Shown in pieces: positions 37,590 to 47,967 of a stretch of 64,000 nt of DNA. The notes beneath the pieces were generated by a model. The model saw only the letters and a list, made by a program, of their open reading frames with translations. It was not told where the DNA came from and ran no database searches. The DNA is taken from the NCBI GenBank assembly GCA_964610395.1, contig CAZSXP010000002.1, positions 10,192 through 74,191 of the forward strand, read 5' to 3'. The stretch is from an uncultured Gammaproteobacteria bacterium (lineage in GTDB: Bacteria; Patescibacteriota; Microgenomatia; UBA8517). The first letter of the stretch is position 1. Each line of letters begins with the position of its first letter. The translations under genes were made by a program, and so were the position numbers.

Positions 37590-38401
37590 ATATTTTTACA
37601 ACATTACTAATTCAACCTTTAACCAACGGGCTTATATTTTTTTATAATATGTTGTGGCAAAATATGGGTCTTGCCATAATTGGCTTCAGTTTATTTTTAA
37701 GATTTGCTACAAACCCCTTAACAAAACCATATATGGCTTCAATGAAGAAAATAAAAGAAGTAGAACCACAAATTAAAAAACTTAAATTAAAATATAAAGG
37801 CGATCAAAAAGGAATGATGGCTGCTCAAACAGAATTGTATAAACAAAGAGGTATTAATCCTTCTGCAGGATGCCTTCCTTATATTTTAAACATCGTTATA
37901 ATGATTGCTTTGTTTAATGTCTTTACTCACGTTCTTTCTCAAAATGGAGACGCGATGCTTAAGCTTAATGAAATTTTATACACCCCATTAAAGTTTTCTG
38001 AAAACGCAAGTCTTAATACTGGGTTTTTATATTTGGACATAAGAAAACCTGATATTTTTAATTTTAACGGAATTCCTTTTCCAATTCCCGGACCATTTAT
38101 CTTACTAGCTGGAATATTGCAATTTTTGTCAGCTAAAATGATGGCACCTTTTGTTAAAGAAGAAGAAAAAATGGCCAAGAAAACAAAAGGAGAAGCAGAT
38201 GATATGGCCGTTGCCATGCAATCATCAATGATTTATACATTTCCTTTAATGACTATCTTTTTTGGAATTAAATTTCCATCAGGACTTGCTCTATATTGGT
38301 TGCTTTTCTCAATCTTCCAGATGTATCAGCAATACAAATCCACAGGTTGGGGAGGTCTTACCCCTTTAATTAACAAGCTTGGTCTGGTAAAATCGGTTTA
38401 A
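37586..38401 (+). CDS. yidC: membrane protein insertase YidC
   Basis: MGLAII, P.IKKLK.KY, ELYKQ.GINP.AGCLP, PSGLALYW. Confidence 0.94.
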   Translation: MNIFTTLLIQPLTNGLIFFYNMLWQNMGLAIIGFSLFLRFATNPLTKPYMASMKKIKEVEPQIKKLKLKYKGDQKGMMAAQTELYKQRGINPSAGCLPYILNIVIMIALFNVFTHVLSQNGDAMLKLNEILYTPLKFSENASLNTGFLYLDIRKPDIFNFNGIPFPIPGPFILLAGILQFLSAKMMAPFVKEEEKMAKKTKGEADDMAVAMQSSMIYTFPLMTIFFGIKFPSGLALYWLLFSIFQMYQQYKSTGWGGLTPLINKLGLVKSV

Positions 38402-38847
38402 TGAATAAAACTATCCAAGAGCTCACAGAAAAGCTTTTATCTCTTACGGGTGTATCGGCTGAAATTGAAGTAGTTGATTTAGGTGAGTCTACCTACGAAG
38501 TCAATCTTTCCACGGAAGACGAAACAGGACTTTTAATTGGATTTAGGGGAGAAAACATAAATGCCATCCAAACAGTATTAGGAATAATGCTTAAAGGTCA
38601 AACAGGAGAGTGGTATCGGTTAGTTGTTAATGTTGGTGATTACAGAGAAAAACAGGAAGAAAAATTAAAAGAATTAGCAACACAATCTGCAGATAGAGCT
38701 ATTGAAACAAAAGAACCCCAACCAATTTACAACTTATCAGCAGGCCAAAGGCGTGCTGTTCATATGCATCTCGCAAACCGAAACGACGTAACGACAGAGT
38801 CTAGTGGTATTGAACCTGAAAGATATTTAGTAATCAAACCTAAGTAA
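38401..38847 (+). CDS. jag: Jag/KhpB KH-R3H RNA-binding protein
   Basis: GLLIG.RGE...AIQ, VGDYR, RRAVH, S.G.EP.R. Confidence 0.9.
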   Translation: MNKTIQELTEKLLSLTGVSAEIEVVDLGESTYEVNLSTEDETGLLIGFRGENINAIQTVLGIMLKGQTGEWYRLVVNVGDYREKQEEKLKELATQSADRAIETKEPQPIYNLSAGQRRAVHMHLANRNDVTTESSGIEPERYLVIKPK

Positions 38848-38863
38848 TGTGCTGACATTATCA

Positions 38864-39937
38864 ATGAAATTGTCTCTTATATCATTATTATCCTTTTTAC
38901 TCCCCACACAACTAGCCTTTCATTTTAATAATTTTCAAAACTCAGTTTATGGATTTAACATTGATTATTTAATACCCACCTTATATTTAACCGACATAAT
39001 TGCTTTGTTAATAATATTACTTGGTATTAGTAAGATTAAATTTAATTACAAATATATTTTATATATAATTTTCGTTGTAATTAACATCCTAATATCTAGC
39101 TATCTAGTGTCTAGTGTCTACAAGTGTTTAAAAGTTACAGAGATGATTCTTTTAGGAACAATAATTTTTAATACTAAAAAATTTGATGTATTTAAGCATT
39201 TTGTAAAACCATTATCATATTCTACTGTAATTGTATGTGTGTTAGGAATACTTCAACATATAAATAGAGGTTCGATAGGAGGTTTTTTTTACGCGCTTGG
39301 AGAGCGCACATACTTGTATGATTATCCAAACATAGCACCTTATCCATATTCGACTTTTTCCCATCCAAATTCTTTTGCAGGATTTTTATTAGTTTTTGGA
39401 ATCTTCGCAATTCAATTGCGAAGTAAATTTAATCCAAAATATTTCTGGAGTTTAATTATTCTGACTGTTATTAATTTAGTTTTAACAAATTCACTGAATG
39501 TATATTTTACAATTGTTTTTTTAATAATATTGAAATTTAAGAATAATATTAGCAATTTATTGTTTATAGATTTAAGTCAACGGTTTGTAACCCACAGAAT
39601 AGAGTTAATCAAAGCGTCTCTTCAAATGATCAAAGAAAACTTTTGGTTTGGAGTAGGGCTTAATAATTTTATTCCCAATTTAGTTAAAGTTAGTAATACT
39701 TATCTTAATTCTTGGGAACTTCAACCAGTTCATAATATTTTTTTATTAGTTTTCTCAGAGACTGGAATTTTTGGTCTAGTTGCACTGATCAGTATTTTTG
39801 TAAATATTAATTTTAGCTTGTTAGCAATTTTACTAACTGGCTTAAGTGATCACTACTGGATAACTCTCCAACAAAACATTTTATTGTTTGTTTTCACTCT
39901 GGTGATAGCAAGAAAAAACCAAAAAAATCATATATAA
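38864..39937 (+). CDS. O-antigen ligase family membrane protein
   Basis: Polytopic; YSTFSHPNSFAG, GVGLNNF, QPVHNIFLL..SETG. Confidence 0.85.
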   Translation: MKLSLISLLSFLLPTQLAFHFNNFQNSVYGFNIDYLIPTLYLTDIIALLIILLGISKIKFNYKYILYIIFVVINILISSYLVSSVYKCLKVTEMILLGTIIFNTKKFDVFKHFVKPLSYSTVIVCVLGILQHINRGSIGGFFYALGERTYLYDYPNIAPYPYSTFSHPNSFAGFLLVFGIFAIQLRSKFNPKYFWSLIILTVINLVLTNSLNVYFTIVFLIILKFKNNISNLLFIDLSQRFVTHRIELIKASLQMIKENFWFGVGLNNFIPNLVKVSNTYLNSWELQPVHNIFLLVFSETGIFGLVALISIFVNINFSLLAILLTGLSDHYWITLQQNILLFVFTLVIARKNQKNHI

Positions 39938-39944
39938 TCAAGCG

Positions 39945-40337
39945 ATGATTATATATTGTGATGGTGGTTCAAGAGGCAATCCAGGACCTGCGGCATCAGC
40001 TTTTGTTGTAACAGAAGATGGAAAAACAATCTTCAAGGACAGTAAATTTTTAGGAGTTGAAACAAACAATGTTGCAGAATATACAGCTGTTTTGTTAGCG
40101 ATAGAATGGTTGAGTGATAAAAAAGCAAAAGGAGAAATTATTATAAATCTCGATTCGCAACTAGTAGAAAGACAACTAAACGGGTTTTGGAAAATTAAAA
40201 GTCCAAAATTAAAATTACTTGCCGATGAAATTAAATCGAAAGCTGTGAAGGTTAAATTTGTATGGAACTATCGAATAAAAAATATTCTAGCGGATGATTT
40301 GGTAAATGAAGAGCTTGACCTCAACGGGAAAACATAA
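39945..40337 (+). CDS. rnhA: ribonuclease HI family protein
   Basis: YCDGGSRGNPGPAA, TNNVAEY, DSQLV. Confidence 0.92.
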   Translation: MIIYCDGGSRGNPGPAASAFVVTEDGKTIFKDSKFLGVETNNVAEYTAVLLAIEWLSDKKAKGEIIINLDSQLVERQLNGFWKIKSPKLKLLADEIKSKAVKVKFVWNYRIKNILADDLVNEELDLNGKT

Positions 40338-40417
40338 AACAATTTTTGATAACAGTTTTTAGTTGTTGCGGTAAAAAAATTGCATGACTTTCTCATCTGA
40401 ACTACAATGAATACAAT

Positions 40418-42952
40418 ATGAAAGATTACGATGGGATAGTTGGAATATATTCTCAAAAAAATTATCTTTCCACAAGACTGGAAGAAAAATTTAGAGAGAA
40501 ATATTTAGATGTTAAAATTTTTAATGATTTTAAAAATGTTAATACTTCGAGTTTTAGTTATTTGATTGTTAATCTAATTGATTTTGATGATAAATTATCA
40601 AGTATTTCCCAAAACATAGAAAATCTAGAATGTAAGATATTAGTTTTACATTCTCTTTATGTTATAAAAGATAAAAAATTTGTTTCTGATTCTGAAATTT
40701 TAAAACTAATTGAAACAAACCAAAACCTCGGAGTTCTTCTTGCCCCAGACATTTTAGGTAGTAATGTAAAAAATAATCCAGACTGTCTATCTCATGATTT
40801 AATCATGCAATCTGTTTTAAGTGAAAGAGTTAAAGTAAAAAAGGATAGTAACTTAGTAAATACCATTTCGATCAACAAACTTGCAGATAGAATTGTAAGA
40901 GATACTTTTTCATTTGGAGTGTCAGGTCAGATAATTGCACTTAATGGACCAAAGAAATCAAAAAGAATTTTTGTCACCAAATATTTAAGGATAGAAAATT
41001 CAAACATAATTGAAACACCAGAAGAATCAAACTTAGTGGAATTATATTACTCTGCTTCAATTGATATTGATTATTCACTAAGACTGGCTGTTAAAAATAC
41101 AAAAATATCTTTTGCTACTATTACCGACACTACTGTTAAAAAGAGCCTGGTGATTCCTGAAATTGAATCGACTAATAAACCAGTTAAAAAAGTTTTATTA
41201 ATAAAATATAAAAAAATGTTAAAAATAGTAACTCTTTTGTTATCTCTTTGCTTAATACCAATTATCTTAATTGCTATTTCATCACTTCTGTTTTTTGTTT
41301 CGGCTAAAACAGTGTTTAATAACAATGAATTATCAAAATCATTATTCAAAAAAAGCTCAGAAATAGCAGACGTGGCTCGAAACTTAAGTTTTGGAAATAA
41401 TTTTATATATGACAGTTCAAACCTTGTTTACAAATTATCCTTATTGGGAAGTGAGGCAGAAACATTGATTAGTACGAGTGATGATTTTGTAAATAAAATA
41501 ATGGGAGATGAAATCTATGATTTGTCATATTACTCAAATAACATCTCAGCAAGTTTAGATAAAATTCATACAGAAATAAGTTTTCTTCAAAGTGATGTAA
41601 TAGAACTCAATGGATTTTTTGGGAATCTTTTAAGAAATAAACTATCAAATAAAAATATAGACATAGGAGAATATAAAAGTAAAATATATTCTCTTAAAAA
41701 CTTCTTTTCAAGAATTTCAATTTTGTTAGGTAACGAAAAACCACAAAAATATTTAGTGCTTTTCCAAAACAATATGGAACTGCGTCCCACCGGAGGCTTT
41801 ATTGGTTCATATGCAATAATGACCTTTGATAAAGGAAGATTAGCAGAAATTGTAGTAAACGACGTCTACACTGCAGATGGTCAGTTAAAAGGCCATGTAG
41901 ACCCACCTGAGCCAATTAGAAAGTACTTAGGAGAAGGAGGGTGGTTCCTGCGTGATTCCAATTGGGATCCAGATTTTTCCGTTTCAGCTGTTAAAGCAGA
42001 ATGGTTTTTAGATAAAGAATTAAATGAAAAAGTTGATGGGGTAATAGCCATAGATTTAAATTTTGTAAAAAATTTACTTGAAGTAACAGGACCAATAAAT
42101 TTGCCTGATTTTAGTTTGACAATTGATTCAAACAACTTGTATCAAACAGTTCAATCAGAAGTAGAAGACGAATTTTTTCCTGGTTCAATCAAAAAAGCAA
42201 GTATTTTAACTTCGCTTTCAAGAAATCTTATTTCTGAAATAGAAAACTTAAAAAGTGATAAACACCTAAATCTTTTTAGAAAAATATATCAAAGCTTAGA
42301 CAGAAAACATTTGCAAATTTATTTACATGATGCTAACGCTCAAGAGGCAGTTTCAAATTTAGGCTATTCAGGTGAAGTAAATTTAGATGCTAATTGTGGC
42401 CAACGATGTTTAAAAGATGGTTATTCTTTGATAGATGCAAATTTAGGGGTAAACAAGTCAAACTTTTTCATAAAGAGATCTCAGGAATTAAATCTTTCTG
42501 TTTCAAAGGACATTATAAGTCATGAATTATTTGTTACTTATGAAAACAGCGCCAGTCCTGCTGTTGGGAAATCTGGTGTTTACAAAAACTACGCTAGAAT
42601 ATTATTACCCTTAAATGCTAAATTAGCTGGAATTAGGATATATGAAACTAATGGGACTTATAAAGAACTTGAATATGATATTAATAATACAGAATCAAGA
42701 GTTGAAGCAGGATTTTTATTTGAGATCTTACCTGGTACTCAAAAAAGAATCCAAATTGTTTGGAGTATCATCGATAATAAATTTTCCCAAGGGGGAGAAT
42801 ATAATTTAAATATAATAAAACAAGCAGGTACAGAGAATGACAATTTAACAATAAATATAAAGACAGCAGATCTTGTATTGACGGGAAGGAACCTTTCGGT
42901 CTATAATACAACACTAGCCAGAGATTTTAGGGCTAGATTATTTTTTAGATGA
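40418..42952 (+). CDS. DUF4012-like membrane protein with degenerate epimerase-like N-terminus
   Basis: YLVLFQNNMELRPTGGFIGS, LRDSNWDPDF, VDGVIAID, NLGVNK. Confidence 0.78.
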   Translation: MKDYDGIVGIYSQKNYLSTRLEEKFREKYLDVKIFNDFKNVNTSSFSYLIVNLIDFDDKLSSISQNIENLECKILVLHSLYVIKDKKFVSDSEILKLIETNQNLGVLLAPDILGSNVKNNPDCLSHDLIMQSVLSERVKVKKDSNLVNTISINKLADRIVRDTFSFGVSGQIIALNGPKKSKRIFVTKYLRIENSNIIETPEESNLVELYYSASIDIDYSLRLAVKNTKISFATITDTTVKKSLVIPEIESTNKPVKKVLLIKYKKMLKIVTLLLSLCLIPIILIAISSLLFFVSAKTVFNNNELSKSLFKKSSEIADVARNLSFGNNFIYDSSNLVYKLSLLGSEAETLISTSDDFVNKIMGDEIYDLSYYSNNISASLDKIHTEISFLQSDVIELNGFFGNLLRNKLSNKNIDIGEYKSKIYSLKNFFSRISILLGNEKPQKYLVLFQNNMELRPTGGFIGSYAIMTFDKGRLAEIVVNDVYTADGQLKGHVDPPEPIRKYLGEGGWFLRDSNWDPDFSVSAVKAEWFLDKELNEKVDGVIAIDLNFVKNLLEVTGPINLPDFSLTIDSNNLYQTVQSEVEDEFFPGSIKKASILTSLSRNLISEIENLKSDKHLNLFRKIYQSLDRKHLQIYLHDANAQEAVSNLGYSGEVNLDANCGQRCLKDGYSLIDANLGVNKSNFFIKRSQELNLSVSKDIISHELFVTYENSASPAVGKSGVYKNYARILLPLNAKLAGIRIYETNGTYKELEYDINNTESRVEAGFLFEILPGTQKRIQIVWSIIDNKFSQGGEYNLNIIKQAGTENDNLTINIKTADLVLTGRNLSVYNTTLARDFRARLFFR

Positions 42953-43611
42953 AAATTACACTTAAATCAGAAAAAAGAGAATTATTTGGAAGAAAAGTCA
43001 AAAGACTTAGAAAAGCAGGTAAGATACCTGCAAACATTTTTGGAAAAAAAATTAAGTCTGAAGCCGTTAGCATTGATAATAAAGAATTTATTGAAGTTTT
43101 TGAAAAAGCAGGTGAAACCCAAATTATAGATTTAACAGGTAAACCAGTTTTAGTTAGTAATACTCAAGTTGATCCAATATCTGGTGAATATCTTCATATT
43201 GATTTTAGACAAGTTGATTTAACAGAAAAAATAGAAGCGATGGTTCCTGTTGAAATAGAAGGTGAATCACCTGCAGAGAAACAAAGTTTAGGTACTGTTG
43301 TACAACAGATACATGAGATAGAAGTTGAAGCCCTACCAACAGATTTACCTGAAAAAATTATAGTAGATGCAAGTATCTTAGTAGAAGTTGATCAAGCTAT
43401 TTATGTTAAAGATTTAAAGGTAGATAAAAAGGTAGAGATTAAAACTGATCTAGAATCAATTGTTGTTAAAGTGGAACCACCAACCAAAGAAGAAGTTGTA
43501 GAAGTGGTTGCAGAAGTACCGGCTGAAGGTGAAGTCCCTGTCGAGGGTGGAAAACCTGCTGAAGGTGAAGTAGCTAAGGAAGCTGAGAGTAATTCGGATC
43601 AATCTGCTTAA
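42949..43611 (+). CDS. rplY: 50S ribosomal protein L25/Ctc
   Basis: GRKVKRLRKAGKIPANIFG, Q.DP....LHIDF, EALPTDLPE. Confidence 0.95.
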   Translation: MKITLKSEKRELFGRKVKRLRKAGKIPANIFGKKIKSEAVSIDNKEFIEVFEKAGETQIIDLTGKPVLVSNTQVDPISGEYLHIDFRQVDLTEKIEAMVPVEIEGESPAEKQSLGTVVQQIHEIEVEALPTDLPEKIIVDASILVEVDQAIYVKDLKVDKKVEIKTDLESIVVKVEPPTKEEVVEVVAEVPAEGEVPVEGGKPAEGEVAKEAESNSDQSA

Positions 43612-43834
43612 CTATATCCATTCTTCCAAGTTCAACCCAAGCATCTCTATAAGTTGGATGTTTTATGACCATTTCCTCCCAATAGGAATTATCTATTGTT
43701 GCTCCTAGAACTTTAATTTCATTTTTTTTGAGTGATTGTAGATTAAAAATAGAAAGTAATAAAACAATGATTATTATATTTATAAAAAACAAATATTCTA
43801 AATCTTTAGAAAAGTCTTTTTTCTTTGCCATCAC
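43574..43834 (-). CDS. hypothetical membrane-anchored protein
   Basis: TM helix, VLGA, W......HPTYRDAW. Confidence 0.6.
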   Translation of the reverse strand: MMAKKKDFSKDLEYLFFINIIIIVLLLSIFNLQSLKKNEIKVLGATIDNSYWEEMVIKHPTYRDAWVELGRMDIVKQIDPNYSQLP

Positions 43835-45878
43835 TATTAATAGTAGGCCAAGATGATGACACTAGTAAACCCTCATTTCCAAGTTCTTTCCAAACAGCTT
43901 CAGTGACAAAAGGCATAAAAGGATGAAGAAGCTTAAGTATTATCAATAATGCAGACTTTAGTTGTTTTGAACTTACTTCTCCCTTTTTTGCTCTTTCTAT
44001 TTCAATATCGCAAAATTTGTGCCAAAAAGTATTATAAAGTTCTTCAGCAGCTAAACCAATTTTATATTTTTCTAAAAGTAAAGTTATTTTCTTTGGAAAT
44101 TCCTTTTGGTAATAATCATTAAATTCCTTGTTGTCATCTACTTTGTTATTAAAATCTTTTATAAATCGGCAAGCATTCCATATTTTATTAGAAAAGTTTC
44201 TCATTCCTTTAAAACTGTTTTCTCCTACGTTTTTATCTTGTGCGGGAGTAGAGCTCATAACTAAAGCAAAACGGAGAGCATCGGTTCCATATTTTTCTAC
44301 AATTTCTAGTGGATTTATTACATTTCCAACAGATTTAGCCATTTTTTTACCTTTTTCATCTCGTACTAAACCATGTAAATATACAGTTTTAAATGGTGAC
44401 TTACCTGTGACATAGATTCCCAAAAGCATCATTCTCATCACCCAAAAAGGTAATATATCATAGCCAGTTTCCATGACTGATGTTGGATAATACTTATTAA
44501 ACATTTCTTCACCATTTGTTTTAAGTGTTACAACTGGCCATTGGCCCGACGAAAACCATGTGTCAAAAGTATCTGTTTCTTGTTTCCAGTTACCTTTTGG
44601 TTTTTCTATACTAATTACATACTTACCATCGGCAGAGTACCAAGCGGGAATTTGGATACCCCAAACAATATTTCTGGAGATATTCCAATCTTTTAAATTA
44701 TTTAACCAGTGTCGAAGTATTTTTTCTTGACCAGCACCAAGTACAATAGTTTCTTTGTTGTCGAGAGCCTTTAAGGCTTTATCAGCTAAAGGTTTAACTT
44801 TAATAAAAAACTGTTCAAGTGGAATTGGCTCTAAAGTGCTGTGACATCTGTAACATGTTCCAACGTTGTTTGTGTATTCGTTATCAATTTTTTCTATGTG
44901 TCCTGATTCTGCCAAAATTTTAACAACTTCTTCTCTGGCAGTAAAAACTCTTTTATCAGCCGATGGTCCAGCAATCATTTTCCCTTGTATGTTTATGGCT
45001 TTTATAATTGGTAACCCCAATTTTTGGGCAACATCAAAATCTGCTTGGTCGTGGGCAGGAGTAAGTTTTACTATTCCAGTGCCAAATTTTGGATCAACAA
45101 ACAAGTCTTCAACTATTTCCATAACAGCTCCTGTTAATGGGTTTAATAATCTTTGGTTTTTTAGGTGTTTAGTCTTTTTATTTTTTGGATTAATAGCAAG
45201 GTGAGTATCGACATATATTGGTTCAGGCCTTGTCGTTGCTACTGTTACAAACTTAGTTGGATCATCTGCAAAATAATATTTTACATAATAAAGAGGGCTT
45301 GTTTTTTGTTCATGAATAACTTCAAGGTCTGAATAACCAGTTCCACATTTAGTACAGTAGTTAATTAATTTTTCACCTCGATATATTAATCCATCTTCAT
45401 TTAATTTTATAAAAGTTTCTTTAACTAACTTTACAATATCAGGGTCAAGTGTAAATTTATATTTACTCCAATCGGCGGAAGCACCCAATTTTTTCATTTG
45501 GTTAACAACAACTTTTGAATTTTCTTGAACATAATCCCAAATCATTTGATAAAGAGTATCTCTATCAAAATCAAAGCGACTTTTACCTTTTCCTCTTAAT
45601 TTTTTTTCGAAAACAAATTGAGTTTCAATTCCAGCATGGTCAGTTCCCGGAAGCCATAAAGTAGATTCACCTGTCATTCTGTGGAATCTAATTAATATAT
45701 CTTCAATGGTGATAAACATAGCGTGCCCTATGTGAAGGGGATCATTGGCATTTGGAGGAGGCATAATTATGGTGAATGGTTTTTTCTTTTTGTCTATTAC
45801 AGGGCTAAAAGCACCAGATTCTTCCCATTCTTCATAAATCTTATCCTCATATAATTTGTGATCATACTTTGTATCCAT
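43806..45878 (-). CDS. valS: valine--tRNA ligase (short form)
   Basis: PPPN...LHIGH, GTDHAGI.TQ, DWNISR, DTWFSS, KMAKS, LLHPFMPFVTE. Confidence 0.96.
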   Translation of the reverse strand: MDTKYDHKLYEDKIYEEWEESGAFSPVIDKKKKPFTIIMPPPNANDPLHIGHAMFITIEDILIRFHRMTGESTLWLPGTDHAGIETQFVFEKKLRGKGKSRFDFDRDTLYQMIWDYVQENSKVVVNQMKKLGASADWSKYKFTLDPDIVKLVKETFIKLNEDGLIYRGEKLINYCTKCGTGYSDLEVIHEQKTSPLYYVKYYFADDPTKFVTVATTRPEPIYVDTHLAINPKNKKTKHLKNQRLLNPLTGAVMEIVEDLFVDPKFGTGIVKLTPAHDQADFDVAQKLGLPIIKAINIQGKMIAGPSADKRVFTAREEVVKILAESGHIEKIDNEYTNNVGTCYRCHSTLEPIPLEQFFIKVKPLADKALKALDNKETIVLGAGQEKILRHWLNNLKDWNISRNIVWGIQIPAWYSADGKYVISIEKPKGNWKQETDTFDTWFSSGQWPVVTLKTNGEEMFNKYYPTSVMETGYDILPFWVMRMMLLGIYVTGKSPFKTVYLHGLVRDEKGKKMAKSVGNVINPLEIVEKYGTDALRFALVMSSTPAQDKNVGENSFKGMRNFSNKIWNACRFIKDFNNKVDDNKEFNDYYQKEFPKKITLLLEKYKIGLAAEELYNTFWHKFCDIEIERAKKGEVSSKQLKSALLIILKLLHPFMPFVTEAVWKELGNEGLLVSSSWPTINSDGKEKRLF

Positions 45879-45899
45879 GCCTATTATTGTATCACGAAG

Positions 45900-46919
45900 T
45901 TAAATTTTTAGTTTTGGATTTCTGTCCACTAAATCATAGTTATAATAATTCTTCATTCTTAATTTTTCACTCTTAATTTTGAGATAGGCGGTGACGCCTA
46001 TCATTACAGCATTATCTCCATTTAATTTTTTAGTGTAGGGAACATGAAGTTTAATATTATATTTTTTACATAGTTTTCGAAGTCTTTTTTTAAGTTCAAC
46101 ATTGTTTGCAACACCTCCTCCGAAAAGTAACGAAGTTACTTTTAGCGAGCAGTGATACTCCAAAACTTTAAGAATATGGTCAAAAGCTCTTGATTGAAAA
46201 CTAGCTGCAAGGTCTGCAATATCTTGTTTATTTGGTTTATCAATATCGTCAAAAAGCCTTACAAAAGCAGTTTTTAAACCTGAATAACTAAATCTGTTTT
46301 TAATTACATCATTTTGCAAGAGTAGGGGAAGCCTATATTTTTTTGGATCACCAATTTTTGCGAATTTTTCTAAAATTGCTCCCCCAGGGTAGCCTAGGCC
46401 TAAGAGTCTGGCTGCTTTATCAAGAGCTTCACCTAAAGCATCATCCGCTGTTTCAGCTAGTATTTCATAATCTCCAATGCCTTTTACTAAACACAAAACA
46501 GTCGTCCCACCCGAAAGAACTAAACCTAAGCTAGGGAATTTAATTTTTGTTTTTAAATTAACTAAAGGTGATAATAAATGTCCTTCAACATGATTAACAG
46601 GAATTAGTGGTTTTTTGTATTTAATTGCTAATTCTTTAGCTTTGTTTATGCCTACTTCTAAAGCAATTGCCAAGCCTGGACCGACAGTAACAGCAATGGC
46701 ATCAATATTTTTAAAATCTTTATATTTTGTGCCTAGAGCTTTTTGTATAACAAAATCAATTCGAGCCTGATGTTGTCTTTGCGCGAGGCTGGGTAAGACC
46801 CCTCCGAAGCTAGCATGGAGAGCGGACTGAGACCAAATACTGGACGAAACTACTTGGATATTCTCTACTACTGCTACAGCGGTCTCGTCACATGATGTAT
46901 CTATGGCTAAAATTATCAT
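45900..46919 (-). CDS. tsaD: tRNA threonylcarbamoyltransferase TsaD
   Basis: ILAIDTSCDET, VTVGPGL, NHVEGH, DDALGEALDK, DNAVMIG. Confidence 0.95.
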   Translation of the reverse strand: MIILAIDTSCDETAVAVVENIQVVSSSIWSQSALHASFGGVLPSLAQRQHQARIDFVIQKALGTKYKDFKNIDAIAVTVGPGLAIALEVGINKAKELAIKYKKPLIPVNHVEGHLLSPLVNLKTKIKFPSLGLVLSGGTTVLCLVKGIGDYEILAETADDALGEALDKAARLLGLGYPGGAILEKFAKIGDPKKYRLPLLLQNDVIKNRFSYSGLKTAFVRLFDDIDKPNKQDIADLAASFQSRAFDHILKVLEYHCSLKVTSLLFGGGVANNVELKKRLRKLCKKYNIKLHVPYTKKLNGDNAVMIGVTAYLKIKSEKLRMKNYYNYDLVDRNPKLKI

Positions 46920-47965
46920 ATGACCCCCCAACTAATTAAACGATCATTGAAATTTTTACCATATTCTATTTTTATCCAAATAATTATTGCTTCCTCTGAA
47001 TATTTTTTAATTTCATCAAGTGTACGATCAGCCCATTCAATTGCAAGAACAGATTTGTCATGAATTAACTTTTTTGTTCCTAAATCTTTAAGTTCCTTGT
47101 TTGGGTTTAACATTCTCCATGTATCAATATGTGTTAATAAATCATATGAATTTAGTAAGTCATATGAGGGAGATGATATTTCTTCTTTAATCCCCATCGC
47201 TTTTGCTAAACCTTTTACAAATTGAGTTTTTCCAGTACCCATTTTCCCTTCTAACGCAAAGATTATCGCCCGTTTACCTACAAAACTATCATATTTTTGC
47301 CAGAGTTCTTTAGCTATATTTTGTGTATTTTCTTCATTTCTTGAAAGTACCTCATTTTTCTTTCTAAGTTTTATTTCACCTTGTCTTAAAATTATTAGTT
47401 GGTCATCATAAGTAGTATCAATTACAGTTGATGGTTCGTTGTGTGGAAGTTCTCCTGCATCAATCATTAAATCAATTAATTTTTTTTGTTTTTCTGAGAT
47501 GTTGTCCAAGATGTCTGACAGCTTATATGGTCTTTTTTGATAACTGGTATTTGCAGAAGTTGCAGTTATAGGTTTATTTAATTTTTTACATACTTCTTGA
47601 AAAAAAGGATAATCAGGAATTCTAATACCTAAAGTTCCATTTTCAGCCTCAACTCCTTTTGCTAAATTATGTTTTCCGGTTGAAATAACAGTTACTGGAC
47701 CAGGAAGAAATCTTTTATACAAATTTCTTGCAGTTTCATTCAAAACTACATATTTTTCTGCCATTTTAATGTCGGTTACTCCAACAGAAAAAGGTTTTCC
47801 AAAAGGGCGATTTTTAAATGTTACAAGTTTCTTAACTGCTTTTTCGTTTGTTGCGTCAACAGCAGCGATATACACAGTTTCAGTGGACATAAAAACAAGC
47901 TGGCCAGTTTCTAAGGCCTGTACAGCAACTTTTACGGCTTCATGATTTTCTGGAATTATTTGCAT
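46916..47965 (-). CDS. TsaC(Sua5/YrdC)-TsaE fusion
   Basis: N-term TETVY, K.RP..KP, PGP.T, GIRIP, TATSAN; C-term LEGKMGTGKTQF..G, SSPSY, HID.WR, IEWA. Confidence 0.9.
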   Translation of the reverse strand: MQIIPENHEAVKVAVQALETGQLVFMSTETVYIAAVDATNEKAVKKLVTFKNRPFGKPFSVGVTDIKMAEKYVVLNETARNLYKRFLPGPVTVISTGKHNLAKGVEAENGTLGIRIPDYPFFQEVCKKLNKPITATSANTSYQKRPYKLSDILDNISEKQKKLIDLMIDAGELPHNEPSTVIDTTYDDQLIILRQGEIKLRKKNEVLSRNEENTQNIAKELWQKYDSFVGKRAIIFALEGKMGTGKTQFVKGLAKAMGIKEEISSPSYDLLNSYDLLTHIDTWRMLNPNKELKDLGTKKLIHDKSVLAIEWADRTLDEIKKYSEEAIIIWIKIEYGKNFNDRLISWGVI

Positions 47966-47967
47966 AA

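Noticed and set aside
40268-40456. 62-aa minus-strand ORF between rnhA and the DUF4012-like gene
   Set aside because: Overlaps both neighbours and has no recognisable motif
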